Below, in pieces: positions 19,908 through 29,470 of a stretch of DNA of 64,000 bases. This DNA is from Longimicrobiales bacterium. Its GTDB lineage: Bacteria; Gemmatimonadota; Gemmatimonadetes; Longimicrobiales; Gaopeijiaceae. The stretch is taken from contig CBDCKN010000015.1 in the NCBI GenBank assembly GCA_965218295.1, positions 320,001 through 384,000 of the forward strand. Direction: 5' to 3'. The notes beneath the pieces were generated by a model. The model had not been told where the DNA came from, ran no database searches, and saw only the letters and a program-made list of their open reading frames with translations. Within the stretch, counting starts at the first letter, position 1; every line of letters starts with the position of its first letter. Both the position numbers and the translations under genes were made by a program.

Positions 19908-20966
19908 TCAGAGGATCTTGATGGTTCCCGGAGCCCCTGCCGTGACACGGCCGATGACCGTGACGGCGGGGGCCTCTTCTTGCAGGTCGTCCAGAAGCTT
20001 TTGGACGCGGTCTTCCGGCACCGAGATCAGCATGCCTCCCGAGGTCTGGGCATCGGCCAGAGTGAGGCGCCGGGTCTCGTCACTACCGCCGAAGTCCACG
20101 CTATCCTCCAGATCCTCCAGGTTCCGCCGGGTGCCGCCCGGGACGTGCCCCTGGGCGATGAGCTCTTCGACTCCCGGAAGGACGGGAACCGAGGCACCCT
20201 CGACTTCGGCGGCGACACCGGATTGGGTGAGCAGGTTGGCCAGGTGCCCCAGGAGGCCGTAGCCCGAGACGTCGGTCGCGGCTCTGATGCCGGCCTGCAC
20301 CATCGCCTCGGCGGCACCCCGATTGAGCGTGGTCATGCTGGCGACGGCGGCGCTCACCGCCCCTGATGGAGCCGCCTCGGCCTTGATGGCAGTGGCGACG
20401 ATCCCGGTACCGACGGCCTTCGTGAGCACCAGGACCTCACCGGCCTGGGCCTCGGCGTTGGTCACCACGGTGTCCTCCTGCGCCTCGCCCACGACCACCA
20501 TGCCGTATTTCGGCTCCGGATCGTCCACAGAGTGGCCTCCCATGATGGGGATCCCCGCTTCGCGAGCGATGTCCGATCCTCCGCGGATGATCTCGTCCAC
20601 GATCCCCTCCCCCAGGAGCTCACGGGGGAACGCGAGGAGATTCAGCGCGAAGAGGGGTCGCGCCCCCATGGCATAGATGTCCGACAAGGCGTTGGCCGCG
20701 GCGATCCTCCCGAAGTCGTACGGGTCGTCGACCACGGGGGTGAAGAAGTCCAGGGTGACCACAAGGGCGCGACCGTCGCCGAGTGAGTACACGGCGGCGT
20801 CGTCGCTGGTGGAGGCGTCCACCAGCGCCTGAGCACTCTCGATGGGGACCAGGTGACGCAGGACCTGCGCCAGCTCGGACATGCCGAGCTTACTGGCTCA
20901 ACCGGCTCCGTGAGCCAGCTGGGTCAGCCGGATCCTGGGCCTCTCATCCCTGGGCTCTTCGGACAT
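19908..20966 (-). CDS. selD: Selenide, water dikinase (selenophosphate synthetase), selenocysteine-containing
   Basis: MSEEPRDERPRIRLTQLAHGAG-TGA(20898-20900)-ASKLGMSEL in one frame; UGA aligns to catalytic Cys of HGAGCGCK; DDAAVY, DFFTP, AANALSDIYAMG, DAQTSGG. Confidence 0.93.
20854..20897 (-). promoter_or_regulatory. Candidate bacterial SECIS immediately 3' of selD UGA
   Basis: mRNA after UGA: GCCAGUA AGCUCGG-CAUGU-CCGAGCU GGCGCAG-GUC-CUGCGUC; second hairpin resembles the E. coli fdhF GCAGGUCUGC apical stem-loop. Confidence 0.6.
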
Positions 20967-21085
20967 CTGCCTCACCATCTGGCATCCGCCGCGGCGGATG
21001 TAGGGTCTCGTCGGACGATCCGCGGATCGAAGGTGCGGCCAATGTAAACGGGGGCGCTTGGACGGGAAACACGGTAGATTCGTGT

Positions 21086-21943
21086 ATGCGTGCCCCAGCC
21101 CGATCTGCACGTGGCCTGCTCGGCGAGGCCGTCCAGAAGTCGGAGCGCGACCTCGAGCTCGGCCGAGCGGTTCTCCTCATCGCCCAGGAGGAGTATCCAC
21201 AGCTCCCCGTCGAGCGATACATGATGCGCCTCGATGCCCTGGCGGAAGCCGCCAAGGACCGCCTCGACGACGAGACGGCGGGTCCGGTGGTCCTGCGGGA
21301 GCTGATTCGCACCCTGTACGAACGCGAGGGCTTTCGCGGCAACAAGGAAGCCTACCACGATCCTAGAAACTCTTTTCTCAACGATGTTCTGGATCGCCGG
21401 CTCGGCATTCCGCTGACCCTCGGGATCATCCTCCTGGAGGTGGGATGGCGTCTAGAGCTACCCCTCGAGGGCGTGAACTTCCCGGGGCACTTCCTCATCC
21501 GATATCGGGGCGCGTCGCAGAACCTCCTCATCGATCCCTTCGACAACGGACGGATCCGTTTCGAGGACGAGGCTCAGGAGCTTCTGGACCAGGTGTACGG
21601 AGGCATAGTCCGGATGCAGGACGCGTTCCTTCGATCTGCCACGAAGCGGGACATGATCCATCGGCTCTTGGTAAACCTCAAGGGCTTGTACGTGAACGTC
21701 CGCGACGACGAACGAGCTCTGGCGGTGGTGGAGCGCCTGTTGCTGTTGCGCCCGGACTTCCCCGGCGAACGGCGCGACCGCGGCATGCTGCTCGTCAAGC
21801 TCGGCCGTTCGAGCGAGGCGAAGGAGCAGCTCCAGCGGTACCTGGAGTTCGCTCCGCAGGCCGCCGACGCTCCGCGCATCCGGTCCCTGGTGCGACGGCT
21901 CGAGCGAGAGGGCGACGCTGGACGGCCCGAGCTCGAGGAGTGA
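21086..21943 (+). CDS. SirB1/YchA-like protein (transglutaminase-like core plus TPR)
   Basis: GFRGNKEAYHDPRNSFLNDVLDRRLGIPLTL, GVNFPGHFL, IDPF, ERRDRG. Confidence 0.9.
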   Translation: MRAPARSARGLLGEAVQKSERDLELGRAVLLIAQEEYPQLPVERYMMRLDALAEAAKDRLDDETAGPVVLRELIRTLYEREGFRGNKEAYHDPRNSFLNDVLDRRLGIPLTLGIILLEVGWRLELPLEGVNFPGHFLIRYRGASQNLLIDPFDNGRIRFEDEAQELLDQVYGGIVRMQDAFLRSATKRDMIHRLLVNLKGLYVNVRDDERALAVVERLLLLRPDFPGERRDRGMLLVKLGRSSEAKEQLQRYLEFAPQAADAPRIRSLVRRLEREGDAGRPELEE

Positions 21944-21950
21944 GCGACCG

Positions 21951-23069
21951 ATGAGTGGGCCTTCGCGAGAGGATCACGAGCACGCGGGCGCCCTCTTCGG
22001 CCTAGTACGAGGGGTCGAGGTCGCACGACATTATGGCGACCCGGCGGAGGAGTATACCTCGGCCGTCAGCGGGGTCGCCGTGCGGGATCGTAGTCATAGA
22101 TCTCGCCTTCTGGTGACGGGACGGGCGCCCGTCGACACCCTGAGTGGCGTTCTCACCGGCCGGATGCCCCGTCCACCGGCGGGGTCACCCGGAGGCGCCG
22201 TTAGGGGGATGGCGGAGTACTCGGCGGTCCTCACTCCCAAGGGAAGAGTCGTCGCCGATCTAAGAGCCATGTGGGGGCCCAGTCCGGAGGAGGAGAGCCT
22301 TTTCCTGGATGTGCCCGCTCCCGCTTTGGATCCGCTGCTGGCGAACCTGCGACGCTACGTCCCACCCCGCCTCGCGGCTGTCGAGGACGTATCCGACGAT
22401 GCGGCACTTCTCACGGTGCTGGGACCGGAGGCGGCCGCCGTGCTGGGGGAGGTGCTGCTCGCCTCGGATGGGGTGGCGGAGGCCCTGGAGAGCTTGGGAG
22501 AGGATGAGTATCTGGTGAGCGGGAAGGGAGGGGAGCGCATTCTCAGAACTTCGGATGTCGACACTCCGGCGTGGGACCTCTTCACGTCGAATGAGCGGTC
22601 TCGGGAGCTGTGGAAGCAACTTCTGTACCGAGGGGTCAGGCCCGTGGGGGCCGGCGTATGGGACACCCTTCGGGTGGAGGCCGGGCGACCTGTCTTCGGC
22701 CAGGACATGGACGAATCCAAGATCCTCTCGGAGGTCGGCATCGTCGACCGGGCAGTGGACCACTCCAAGGGATGCTACACGGGACAGGAGGTGATCATCC
22801 GGATTCGTGACCGCGGCCACACGAACAAGACCCTTCGAGGATTGTACTTGGGTGACGGGCCTGCGCCCGGAACCGATGCCGAGCTCTTCCACGAGGGAGC
22901 CGTGGTGGGACATGTGACGAGCGCCGTGGACTCGCCCCGCTACGGAGGCGGAATCGCTCTCGGCTACGTTCGCCGGGAGGTGCCCCCGGGAGGGGTCGTC
23001 GCCGTTGGATCGGCCGACGGTCCGGGTGCCTCCGTTCGTGAGCTGGCACCGGGATGGGCCGTTCCTTAA
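21951..23069 (+). CDS. ygfZ: YgfZ/GcvT family folate-binding protein
   Basis: KGCYTGQEVI signature, LTPKGRVVAD, LRVEAG. Confidence 0.85.
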   Translation: MSGPSREDHEHAGALFGLVRGVEVARHYGDPAEEYTSAVSGVAVRDRSHRSRLLVTGRAPVDTLSGVLTGRMPRPPAGSPGGAVRGMAEYSAVLTPKGRVVADLRAMWGPSPEEESLFLDVPAPALDPLLANLRRYVPPRLAAVEDVSDDAALLTVLGPEAAAVLGEVLLASDGVAEALESLGEDEYLVSGKGGERILRTSDVDTPAWDLFTSNERSRELWKQLLYRGVRPVGAGVWDTLRVEAGRPVFGQDMDESKILSEVGIVDRAVDHSKGCYTGQEVIIRIRDRGHTNKTLRGLYLGDGPAPGTDAELFHEGAVVGHVTSAVDSPRYGGGIALGYVRREVPPGGVVAVGSADGPGASVRELAPGWAVP

Positions 23070-23479
23070 CCTGCCGTCACTCTCTCCAACAGCTTCTCGA
23101 CCCGGACTTCGATCTCGTCACGTACCGCGTTGAACTCGCCCGGTGACATGTCTCGGGGATCGGCTAGGTCCCAGTCGTCCCGTTCGGCTGCGGGTATGTA
23201 GGGGCAGTCATCGCCGCATCCCATTGTGATCACGAAGTCGTAAGGACCCGGAGGGACCTCCGAGACCGACTTGGACCGATGGGTGGAGAGGTCGTATCCC
23301 ACCTCGCCCATGGCCCGCACGGCGCGCGGGCTCACCTTGCCGGAGGGTCGGGAGCCGGCCGAGTAGGACTGGAGGGTCCCCTGGCCGTGGATTCGAGCGA
23401 ACGCCTCGGCCATCTGACTCCTGTTCGAGTTTTCCGTGCACACGAAGAGGATACTCGTCACACGTTGATCTCCTGACAT
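23066..23479 (-). CDS. arsC: Arsenate reductase / LMW-PTPase family
   Basis: LFVCTENSNRSQMAE (Cx5R), SAGS, ITMGCGDDCP, WDLADP. Confidence 0.85.
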   Translation of the reverse strand: MSGDQRVTSILFVCTENSNRSQMAEAFARIHGQGTLQSYSAGSRPSGKVSPRAVRAMGEVGYDLSTHRSKSVSEVPPGPYDFVITMGCGDDCPYIPAAERDDWDLADPRDMSPGEFNAVRDEIEVRVEKLLERVTAG

Positions 23480-23783
23480 TCTCGGCCGCCGGCCTCTCTC
23501 TGTGTCGCTCAAGAATACCTTTCGTTCTCGGCCATGCCACCGGCCGAGCGGTTGAGTGCCGCACGGGGGGCGCGATAAAGGCCCCTGGCTGAGTGACCGT
23601 TGGGCAACTCACCCGTCATGTGGTGTAAGAGAGGCGCTTGGGCGAGCCGGGGGGGATACCCGGGAAGCGCCTCAAGTTGCCGTCGGCCTGGCCGTTACGG
23701 GTAGATCCGGCCTGCCAGCGCCGCTATTGTTTCACGCTCTAGACCCGTGTTTTCAAATGATCTTCGCACAGAAGGAGTTGTCC

Positions 23784-24341
23784 ATGTTGCGCCGCGTGGC
23801 TTCGGGGAAAGGATTTCTGGCCGTCGGTTTCACCGCCGTGGCTCTGGTGGCGGGTGGTGGATCGCTATCCGCCCAGGAGTCAGCCGCCACCAAATTCGGT
23901 GTTTTCAACGCCGACCGTATCATGGCCGAGTCGCAGGCAGGTCAGCAGGCCCTCGCGCTGTTCAGTCAGCTCCGGGACCAGCGCGTGGGCGAGCTACAGT
24001 CCCAACAGGATGAGATCAACAACCTGCGCCAGCAGGGACTCGCAGCGGATCCCAATAGCCCGCAGGCGGCCCAGCTCCAGCGGCAGCTCGAAGACCGGAT
24101 GCTCCAGTTGAACCGCCTCCAGGAGGATGTTCAGCAGGAGCTGGGCAACCGGCAGAACGAGCTGACGGGAGAGATCACGCAGCGCGTTGGGCAGATCATC
24201 GAGGCCCTAGGGCAGGAGGAGGGCTACACCCTCATCTTCAACTCCATCCAGAGTGGATTGGTGTTCGTGGACCCGTCGATGGACATCACTCCAGAGATCA
24301 TCCGCAGGCTCGACGCCGCCAACCCGGCCGGCGGCCTCTAG
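23784..24341 (+). CDS. skp: OmpH/Skp periplasmic chaperone
   Basis: Signal peptide, KFGVFNADRI, coiled coil, GYTLIF...DITPEII. Confidence 0.88.
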   Translation: MLRRVASGKGFLAVGFTAVALVAGGGSLSAQESAATKFGVFNADRIMAESQAGQQALALFSQLRDQRVGELQSQQDEINNLRQQGLAADPNSPQAAQLQRQLEDRMLQLNRLQEDVQQELGNRQNELTGEITQRVGQIIEALGQEEGYTLIFNSIQSGLVFVDPSMDITPEIIRRLDAANPAGGL

Positions 24342-24362
24342 AGGCGAGCCTCACCGGAACGG

Positions 24363-24400
24363 AAACGAGGGGGGTCGCCTTGCGGTGGCCCCCCTCGTTT
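24363..24400. terminator. Hairpin between convergent genes (likely bidirectional terminator)
   Basis: AAACGAGGGGGGTCGCC-TTGC-GGTGGCCCCCCTCGTTT. Confidence 0.75.
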
Positions 24401-24441
24401 GCCTGTCGGGCAACGGGTCGAAATCCGCGCTCGGCTTCCGG

Positions 24442-25107
24442 TCAGCGGAAGATTCCGCGGTCGAAGCCCCGGCCGTAACCGCGTCTGAGCATCTGGCTTC
24501 GGTCGAAGCCCCTCATGCCCGGCCCGTCGAAGCCGGGTCCGAAGCCTCGCGCGCCGAATCCGGCAGCGCGCCCCATGCCCCGTCCTCCGAAGCCCCCGCG
24601 ACCTCCGGGGCCCCTCCTGAAGCCGCGGCCTCGGCCGGGGCCGCGACCGCGCCTCATCCCTCGATCCGGAGCGCCCCCTCCCCGCAGCGACTGCAGCTGA
24701 TCCTTCTGCTCGTCGGTCAGGATCGCGTCTATCTGCTCTCGGTAGGCGTTCTGCTGCTGCATCATGGCGTCCCGCTGTGCCGTCATCAGATCCAGGAACT
24801 GTCCCTGGGTGATCTCGCCGTCGCGAAGCTGATCCCGCATGCCGCGTATCTGGAGACGGGCACCGTCGTGTGCCTCTCGGTCCGCTTCCTCGGTGCTCTT
24901 GAGGCTCTCCACCTGCTCATCCGCCAGGTTCAGCTCCTCCCTGAGCCATATGAGCCGGTCTGCCGCCCGCATTCCCATCGGCTGGAATCCGCCCATCATC
25001 GGCTCCTGGCCTCGCATGCCTCGCTGGCCCCCCGGGCCGGCCTGACCCTGGAGGGGAACCGCGAGTAACAGCGCAAGAACCGTCACGGTTCCTGAAAGTC
25101 CCCTCAT
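24442..25107 (-). CDS. Spy/CpxP-like (LTxxQ) periplasmic protein with Gly/Arg-rich tail
   Basis: Signal peptide, ELNLADEQ, ILTDEQKDQL. Confidence 0.78.
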   Translation of the reverse strand: MRGLSGTVTVLALLLAVPLQGQAGPGGQRGMRGQEPMMGGFQPMGMRAADRLIWLREELNLADEQVESLKSTEEADREAHDGARLQIRGMRDQLRDGEITQGQFLDLMTAQRDAMMQQQNAYREQIDAILTDEQKDQLQSLRGGGAPDRGMRRGRGPGRGRGFRRGPGGRGGFGGRGMGRAAGFGARGFGPGFDGPGMRGFDRSQMLRRGYGRGFDRGIFR

Positions 25108-25244
25108 TGCTCATATCCTCCAACTGGATTCATCGCGTTCTCGGTCGTGCGTGCGGAAGGCCTTTGGCGAGACCCTTGTCCGACCTCTGTCTCCTTAGAT
25201 GGCCCGAGCTCCGGGGTCGTTAAGCGGTCCTTCGCGGGGTCCCG

Positions 25245-25499
25245 CTAGTCCTTCGGGTTCGCGGGCGGGAGCTCGCGGCGACCTTCTCTCGGCTCCAAGA
25301 GATCCTTGTAGAAGTCCCGCTCCTCCTCCAGGCGCTCGAGGCGCCCGCTCAGGTCACCTATCGTCTCCCGAATTCGGTGGAGCTCCTCCGTACCGACCTG
25401 GAGCGATTCTCCACGCCGCGGGTGGGAAAGGCGGCGTTGCACGATTCTCCCGGCGGTCGTGATGAAGACGAGGGCGAGAATGAATTCGAAGATGCCCAA
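25245..25499 (-). CDS. Small membrane-anchored coiled-coil hypothetical protein
   Basis: N-terminal TM helix then RLERLEEERDFYKDLL; TTG start. Confidence 0.65.
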   Translation of the reverse strand: MGIFEFILALVFITTAGRIVQRRLSHPRRGESLQVGTEELHRIRETIGDLSGRLERLEEERDFYKDLLEPREGRRELPPANPKD

Positions 25500-25744
25500 T
25501 ACCCCATCCTTGCTCTGTCGTGGCCTTCTGGTTGCAGGGCGCCCGGCTCGGTTCGCACGAGCTGCGTGGTGAATAGCGCGACGTACACCTTGGTGGCAAT
25601 CTATCGGATCCGCCGTGCGAGTCCATCACGGCTCCGCGCCGTGCGGGGCCGTCGGCGAGCAACGGAATGGGGGTCGCCGAGGGCCCGAGCGAGTACATTG
25701 GGAATGAATGATCGGTGATTACGTGGCCCTACAGGGAGCATGCC

Positions 25745-26215
25745 GTGAGGCACTTGATCGTTGGGTTGGTCCTCGTCGGGGCCCTTTCTGTGCCGTGCGA
25801 GGGGAGGGCGCAGATTTTCGGCGGGTTGTTCGGCGCGTGGGCACAGGACGCTTTCGATGGCACGGCGGGGGTGGGAGCCCAGCTCGGCCTCGACATTCCC
25901 ATCCTTCCCGTGGACGTCTATGGGTCGGGCACCTGGTTTCTTCCCGACTGTGACGACTGCAAGCTGAAGGGCTGGTCGCTGGGAGTGGCTCTGAGGCCCT
26001 TGCTCTTCCCCGTGGCGCGCCCCTACGTGGTCGGCGGATTGGCCTCCAGGGATCTCGAGAATCCCGCCGGTTTGGACATGGACTCCAGTGGCGCCTTCGC
26101 CGGTGTGGGGCTGGATCTGGCACTAGTGGGTTTTCGGCTCTTCGCCGAGGGGCGTTACGAGTTTCTGGATGGGGAGCTGCGTCAGACCGTGGTGAGGGCG
26201 GGCGTGCTTTTTTGA
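25745..26215 (+). CDS. Small outer membrane beta-barrel protein
   Basis: Signal peptide, RPYVVGG, FAEGRYEF, C-terminal VRAGVLF. Confidence 0.72.
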   Translation: MRHLIVGLVLVGALSVPCEGRAQIFGGLFGAWAQDAFDGTAGVGAQLGLDIPILPVDVYGSGTWFLPDCDDCKLKGWSLGVALRPLLFPVARPYVVGGLASRDLENPAGLDMDSSGAFAGVGLDLALVGFRLFAEGRYEFLDGELRQTVVRAGVLF

Positions 26216-26290
26216 GTTCCCCAGATCGACGACATGGTGAGCGGAAGGGTGAGGTGACTGGACTGCCCCGAGCGCGGTCGAGGTGCCTCG

Positions 26291-27274
26291 TCAGGATTCA
26301 GTGAGCGACTGAACGATCTTGGGCCCGTGCAGCTTCCCGTTCTCAATGATGATCTTGTTGGCGTTGTAGCCGGCGGCCAGGACTCCCGCCACGTAGATCC
26401 CGGGAACGTCGGTCTCCATCGTCTCGGGATCATGGGTCGGAATGCCCGTCTCCCCGTCGATGGTCACACCCAGGGCGGCCAGCAACTCCCGATTCGGACG
26501 CCAGCCCGTCATGGCGAGCACCCAGTCGTTGGGGATCTCCACGGTCTCACCGGAGCCCTCCTTGCGGATCACCACCGAGGTGGGGCGGATCTCTGCGACC
26601 CGGTGCTCCCAGTAGACCGAGATCTCACCGTTCTTCAAGCGGTTCTGGATGTCGGGCACGACCCAGGGCTTCACTCCACGGTCGATCTGGTCCAGAAAGT
26701 GGACGATCGTAACCCTCGCGCCGGCGCGGTACGTCTCCAGGGCCGACTCGACCGATGAGTTGCCTGCCCCCACCACCAAGACGTCCTGGTCGTAGAACGG
26801 GTAGGGCTCCTGGTAGTAGTGCTTGACCTTGGGGAGGTCCTCACCGGGCACGCCCAGGTAGTTGGGCTCGTCGAATCCCCCCGTGGCGACGACGACGGCC
26901 CCGGCGCGGATCGAGCTCTCGACGCCTGCACGCGAGCGGGTGCTCACCGTGAAGTCGCCTCGGGTGCCCTCGATGGAGGTGACCTCCTCGTACTGGCGAA
27001 CGTCCAAATCGCAGTACTTCACGACACGGCGGTAGTAGACCAACGCCTCCCGTCGCGTCGGCTTCATCTCGGCGATGGTGAAGGGCACGCCGGCGATCTC
27101 CAGCTTCTCCGCCGTGCTGAAGAACGTCATGTAGTAGGGGTAGTCCACCAGCGAGTTGGTGACGCACCCCTTTTCGTAGAGTGTGGCCTCGAGGCCGCCA
27201 GTGGCTGCTGCTGCTCCAACGGCGATGCCGCAGGGCCCGGCACCTACCACGACCAGGTCGATATGCTCGCTCAT
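26291..27274 (-). CDS. ypdA: YpdA family putative bacillithiol disulfide reductase
   Basis: VGAGPCG, EKGCVTNS, MTFFST, KPTRREALVYY, VKPWV, IENGKLHG; lacks TrxB CxxC. Confidence 0.87.
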   Translation of the reverse strand: MSEHIDLVVVGAGPCGIAVGAAAATGGLEATLYEKGCVTNSLVDYPYYMTFFSTAEKLEIAGVPFTIAEMKPTRREALVYYRRVVKYCDLDVRQYEEVTSIEGTRGDFTVSTRSRAGVESSIRAGAVVVATGGFDEPNYLGVPGEDLPKVKHYYQEPYPFYDQDVLVVGAGNSSVESALETYRAGARVTIVHFLDQIDRGVKPWVVPDIQNRLKNGEISVYWEHRVAEIRPTSVVIRKEGSGETVEIPNDWVLAMTGWRPNRELLAALGVTIDGETGIPTHDPETMETDVPGIYVAGVLAAGYNANKIIIENGKLHGPKIVQSLTES

Positions 27275-27438
27275 TTCCTCTCACGCGATGTCGGTTGGGA
27301 GCGTCCAACCTACCGAGGCCGGCCTCTGTTCCCAAGGGCGCCGAGCGGGCATTTTCACCATACGCCCTTTGTTCGAGTGCCCCACGCACGTCAGCCCATG
27401 CGCCCAATCCGGTCCCCAAACATGGTTCTCCCCCTCAG

Positions 27439-27705
27439 ATGAGCACACCCGAAAGCGAGGGCCGCAAGGCGCTGAATCGACTGCGTCGTGCAGTGGAGAA
27501 GAGTCGACGCGAAGTGGAGGCCCTTCGGGGAGCTCTCTCCCACGCCGAGGGAGAGGACTTTCCGGAGACCGAATATGAGGATGCGATGAACAACCTGATG
27601 GAAATCGAGGACTTCCTTGACCGCGAGGCCGCACGTTTGCAGGAGAAGATCCTGTCGTTCGGTGGCTTGGAGCCCGGTCGTGTCCGTCGGGGGTCGACGT
27701 CATGA
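27439..27705 (+). CDS. Small helical hypothetical protein
   Basis: MSTPESEGRKALNRLRRAVEK..., stop overlaps next ATG (ATGA). Confidence 0.65.
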   Translation: MSTPESEGRKALNRLRRAVEKSRREVEALRGALSHAEGEDFPETEYEDAMNNLMEIEDFLDREAARLQEKILSFGGLEPGRVRRGSTS

Positions 27706-29447
27706 GGCGCCGGGCGTTTCTGCGGGCGGGCGGAGCGTTGGGCGCGGCCGGTGCTCTCGGGGCCGTCGAGGCACTGGGTGCAGTCGGGGCGCTGGGGACG
27801 ACCAGTGTGAGGCGTGACGACCTGGGAGCCGTCCCCGCGGGTCCCGGTGGGAGCCCTCCGGACCTGGTCCTCCGCCGCGCCACGGTGTACGACGGGACCG
27901 GTGGCCCGGGAGTCGAGGCAGACGTAGCGGTCACCGCGGATCGCATCACGGCCGTCGGACGGATCGCCGAGGCCGGAGCCGAAGAGATCGATCTGGCAGG
28001 CATGGCCCTGGCGCCGGGCTTCATCGACATCCACTCCCACGCCGACCTCTCCCTCCTGGTCAATCCAAAGGCCGAGAGCCGGATCCGCCAGGGGATCACC
28101 CTCGAGATCGTGGGCCAGGACGGAAGCTCGGTGGGCCCGTGGTCCGAGGCCGGGTTCCAGGCCACGAAGGCGCGGTACCAGGAGAGCTACGGCGTCGAAA
28201 TCGACTTCCGGGATCTCGGGGGCTTTCTGGATCGCCTCGACCGGACCCCGGCGACCGTGAACCTGGCCACCATGGTGGGGCACGGCACCGTTCGAGGGTT
28301 GGTGGTGGGCTCGGAGGACCGGCCGGCCACCGAAGCCGAGCTGATCCGCATGAGAGGGCTCGTACGGGCGGCTCTCGAACAGGGAGCCGTGGGCCTCTCC
28401 TCGGGACTCGAGTACACACCGGGCTCGTTCGCCGCCACCTCGGAGCTCGTGGAGCTGGCCCGAGCCCTGGAGGGGACGGGCTACCCGTACGCGTCGCACA
28501 TGCGGAACGAGGATGACCGCTTGTTCGCGGCCATAGAAGAGGCGATCCACGTGGGTCTGGTGGCGGGGGTGCCCGTTCAGATTTCCCACCTGAAGGCTCA
28601 GGGCCGGCGGAACTACTGGAAGGCCGAGGCTGCTCTGCGAGCCATCGAGGAGGCCCGGGAGGCCGGCGTCGACGTGCACTTCGACCGCTATCCCTACATG
28701 GCGTACAGCACTGGGCTCTCCAACCTCTTCCCGACCTGGGCGCGGTCCGGGGGCAGTGCCGCTTTCCTGCGGCGCCTCCGCGATCCGGGCGAGCTTCCCG
28801 CCATCGAGCGCTTTGCCCGTGAGAAGGTCGCGCTCTTGGGGTCCTGGGACGCCGTCGAGATCACCTCGACGCGCACCGCGGCGAACGCCTACGCCCGGGG
28901 TCGGCGCCTGGGCGAGCTGGGGCAGGAACGCTCAGAAGAGCCGTTCGCTCTGGCCGTTCGCCTCATCATCGAGGAGGACAACGGAGTGGGCATGATCGGC
29001 TTCGGGATGTCGGAGGAGAACACCACGAAGATCCTGGCTCATCCCCTCGGCATGGTGTGCTCCGACGGCGGCAGCTACGCCCCCTACGGGGCCCTGTCGG
29101 GTGGCTCACCCCACCCCCGGGCCTACGGCACCTTCCCCCGTCTCATGGGGCACTACGTGCGAGACGAGGGGGCTCTCTCGCTGGAGCTCGCCGTGCACAA
29201 GGTCACCGCGCTGCCCGCCGCCAAGCTCGGCCTCGAGGACCGGGGCGTCATCCGGACCGGCGCCTATGCCGATCTCGTGGCGTTCGACCCCACGACGGTC
29301 ACCGACGGTGCCACCTTCGAGGCACCTCACCAGTATCCCGTCGGCATTCCGCTCGTGGTCGTGAACGGACAGGTGACCCTGAGGGAGGGTGAGCAGACCG
29401 GGATTCAGGCCGGGCGCGCGATCCGCGGTGGGGGGGCGACTGGGTAG
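27702..29447 (+). CDS. Tat-exported D-aminoacylase-like amidohydrolase
   Basis: RRRAFL Tat motif, APGFIDIHSHAD, SHMRNE, ISHLK, SDG, HPRAYGTFPR. Confidence 0.9.
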   Translation: MRRRAFLRAGGALGAAGALGAVEALGAVGALGTTSVRRDDLGAVPAGPGGSPPDLVLRRATVYDGTGGPGVEADVAVTADRITAVGRIAEAGAEEIDLAGMALAPGFIDIHSHADLSLLVNPKAESRIRQGITLEIVGQDGSSVGPWSEAGFQATKARYQESYGVEIDFRDLGGFLDRLDRTPATVNLATMVGHGTVRGLVVGSEDRPATEAELIRMRGLVRAALEQGAVGLSSGLEYTPGSFAATSELVELARALEGTGYPYASHMRNEDDRLFAAIEEAIHVGLVAGVPVQISHLKAQGRRNYWKAEAALRAIEEAREAGVDVHFDRYPYMAYSTGLSNLFPTWARSGGSAAFLRRLRDPGELPAIERFAREKVALLGSWDAVEITSTRTAANAYARGRRLGELGQERSEEPFALAVRLIIEEDNGVGMIGFGMSEENTTKILAHPLGMVCSDGGSYAPYGALSGGSPHPRAYGTFPRLMGHYVRDEGALSLELAVHKVTALPAAKLGLEDRGVIRTGAYADLVAFDPTTVTDGATFEAPHQYPVGIPLVVVNGQVTLREGEQTGIQAGRAIRGGGATG

Positions 29448-29470
29448 CCCATGGGGACGAACGGCTAGTC

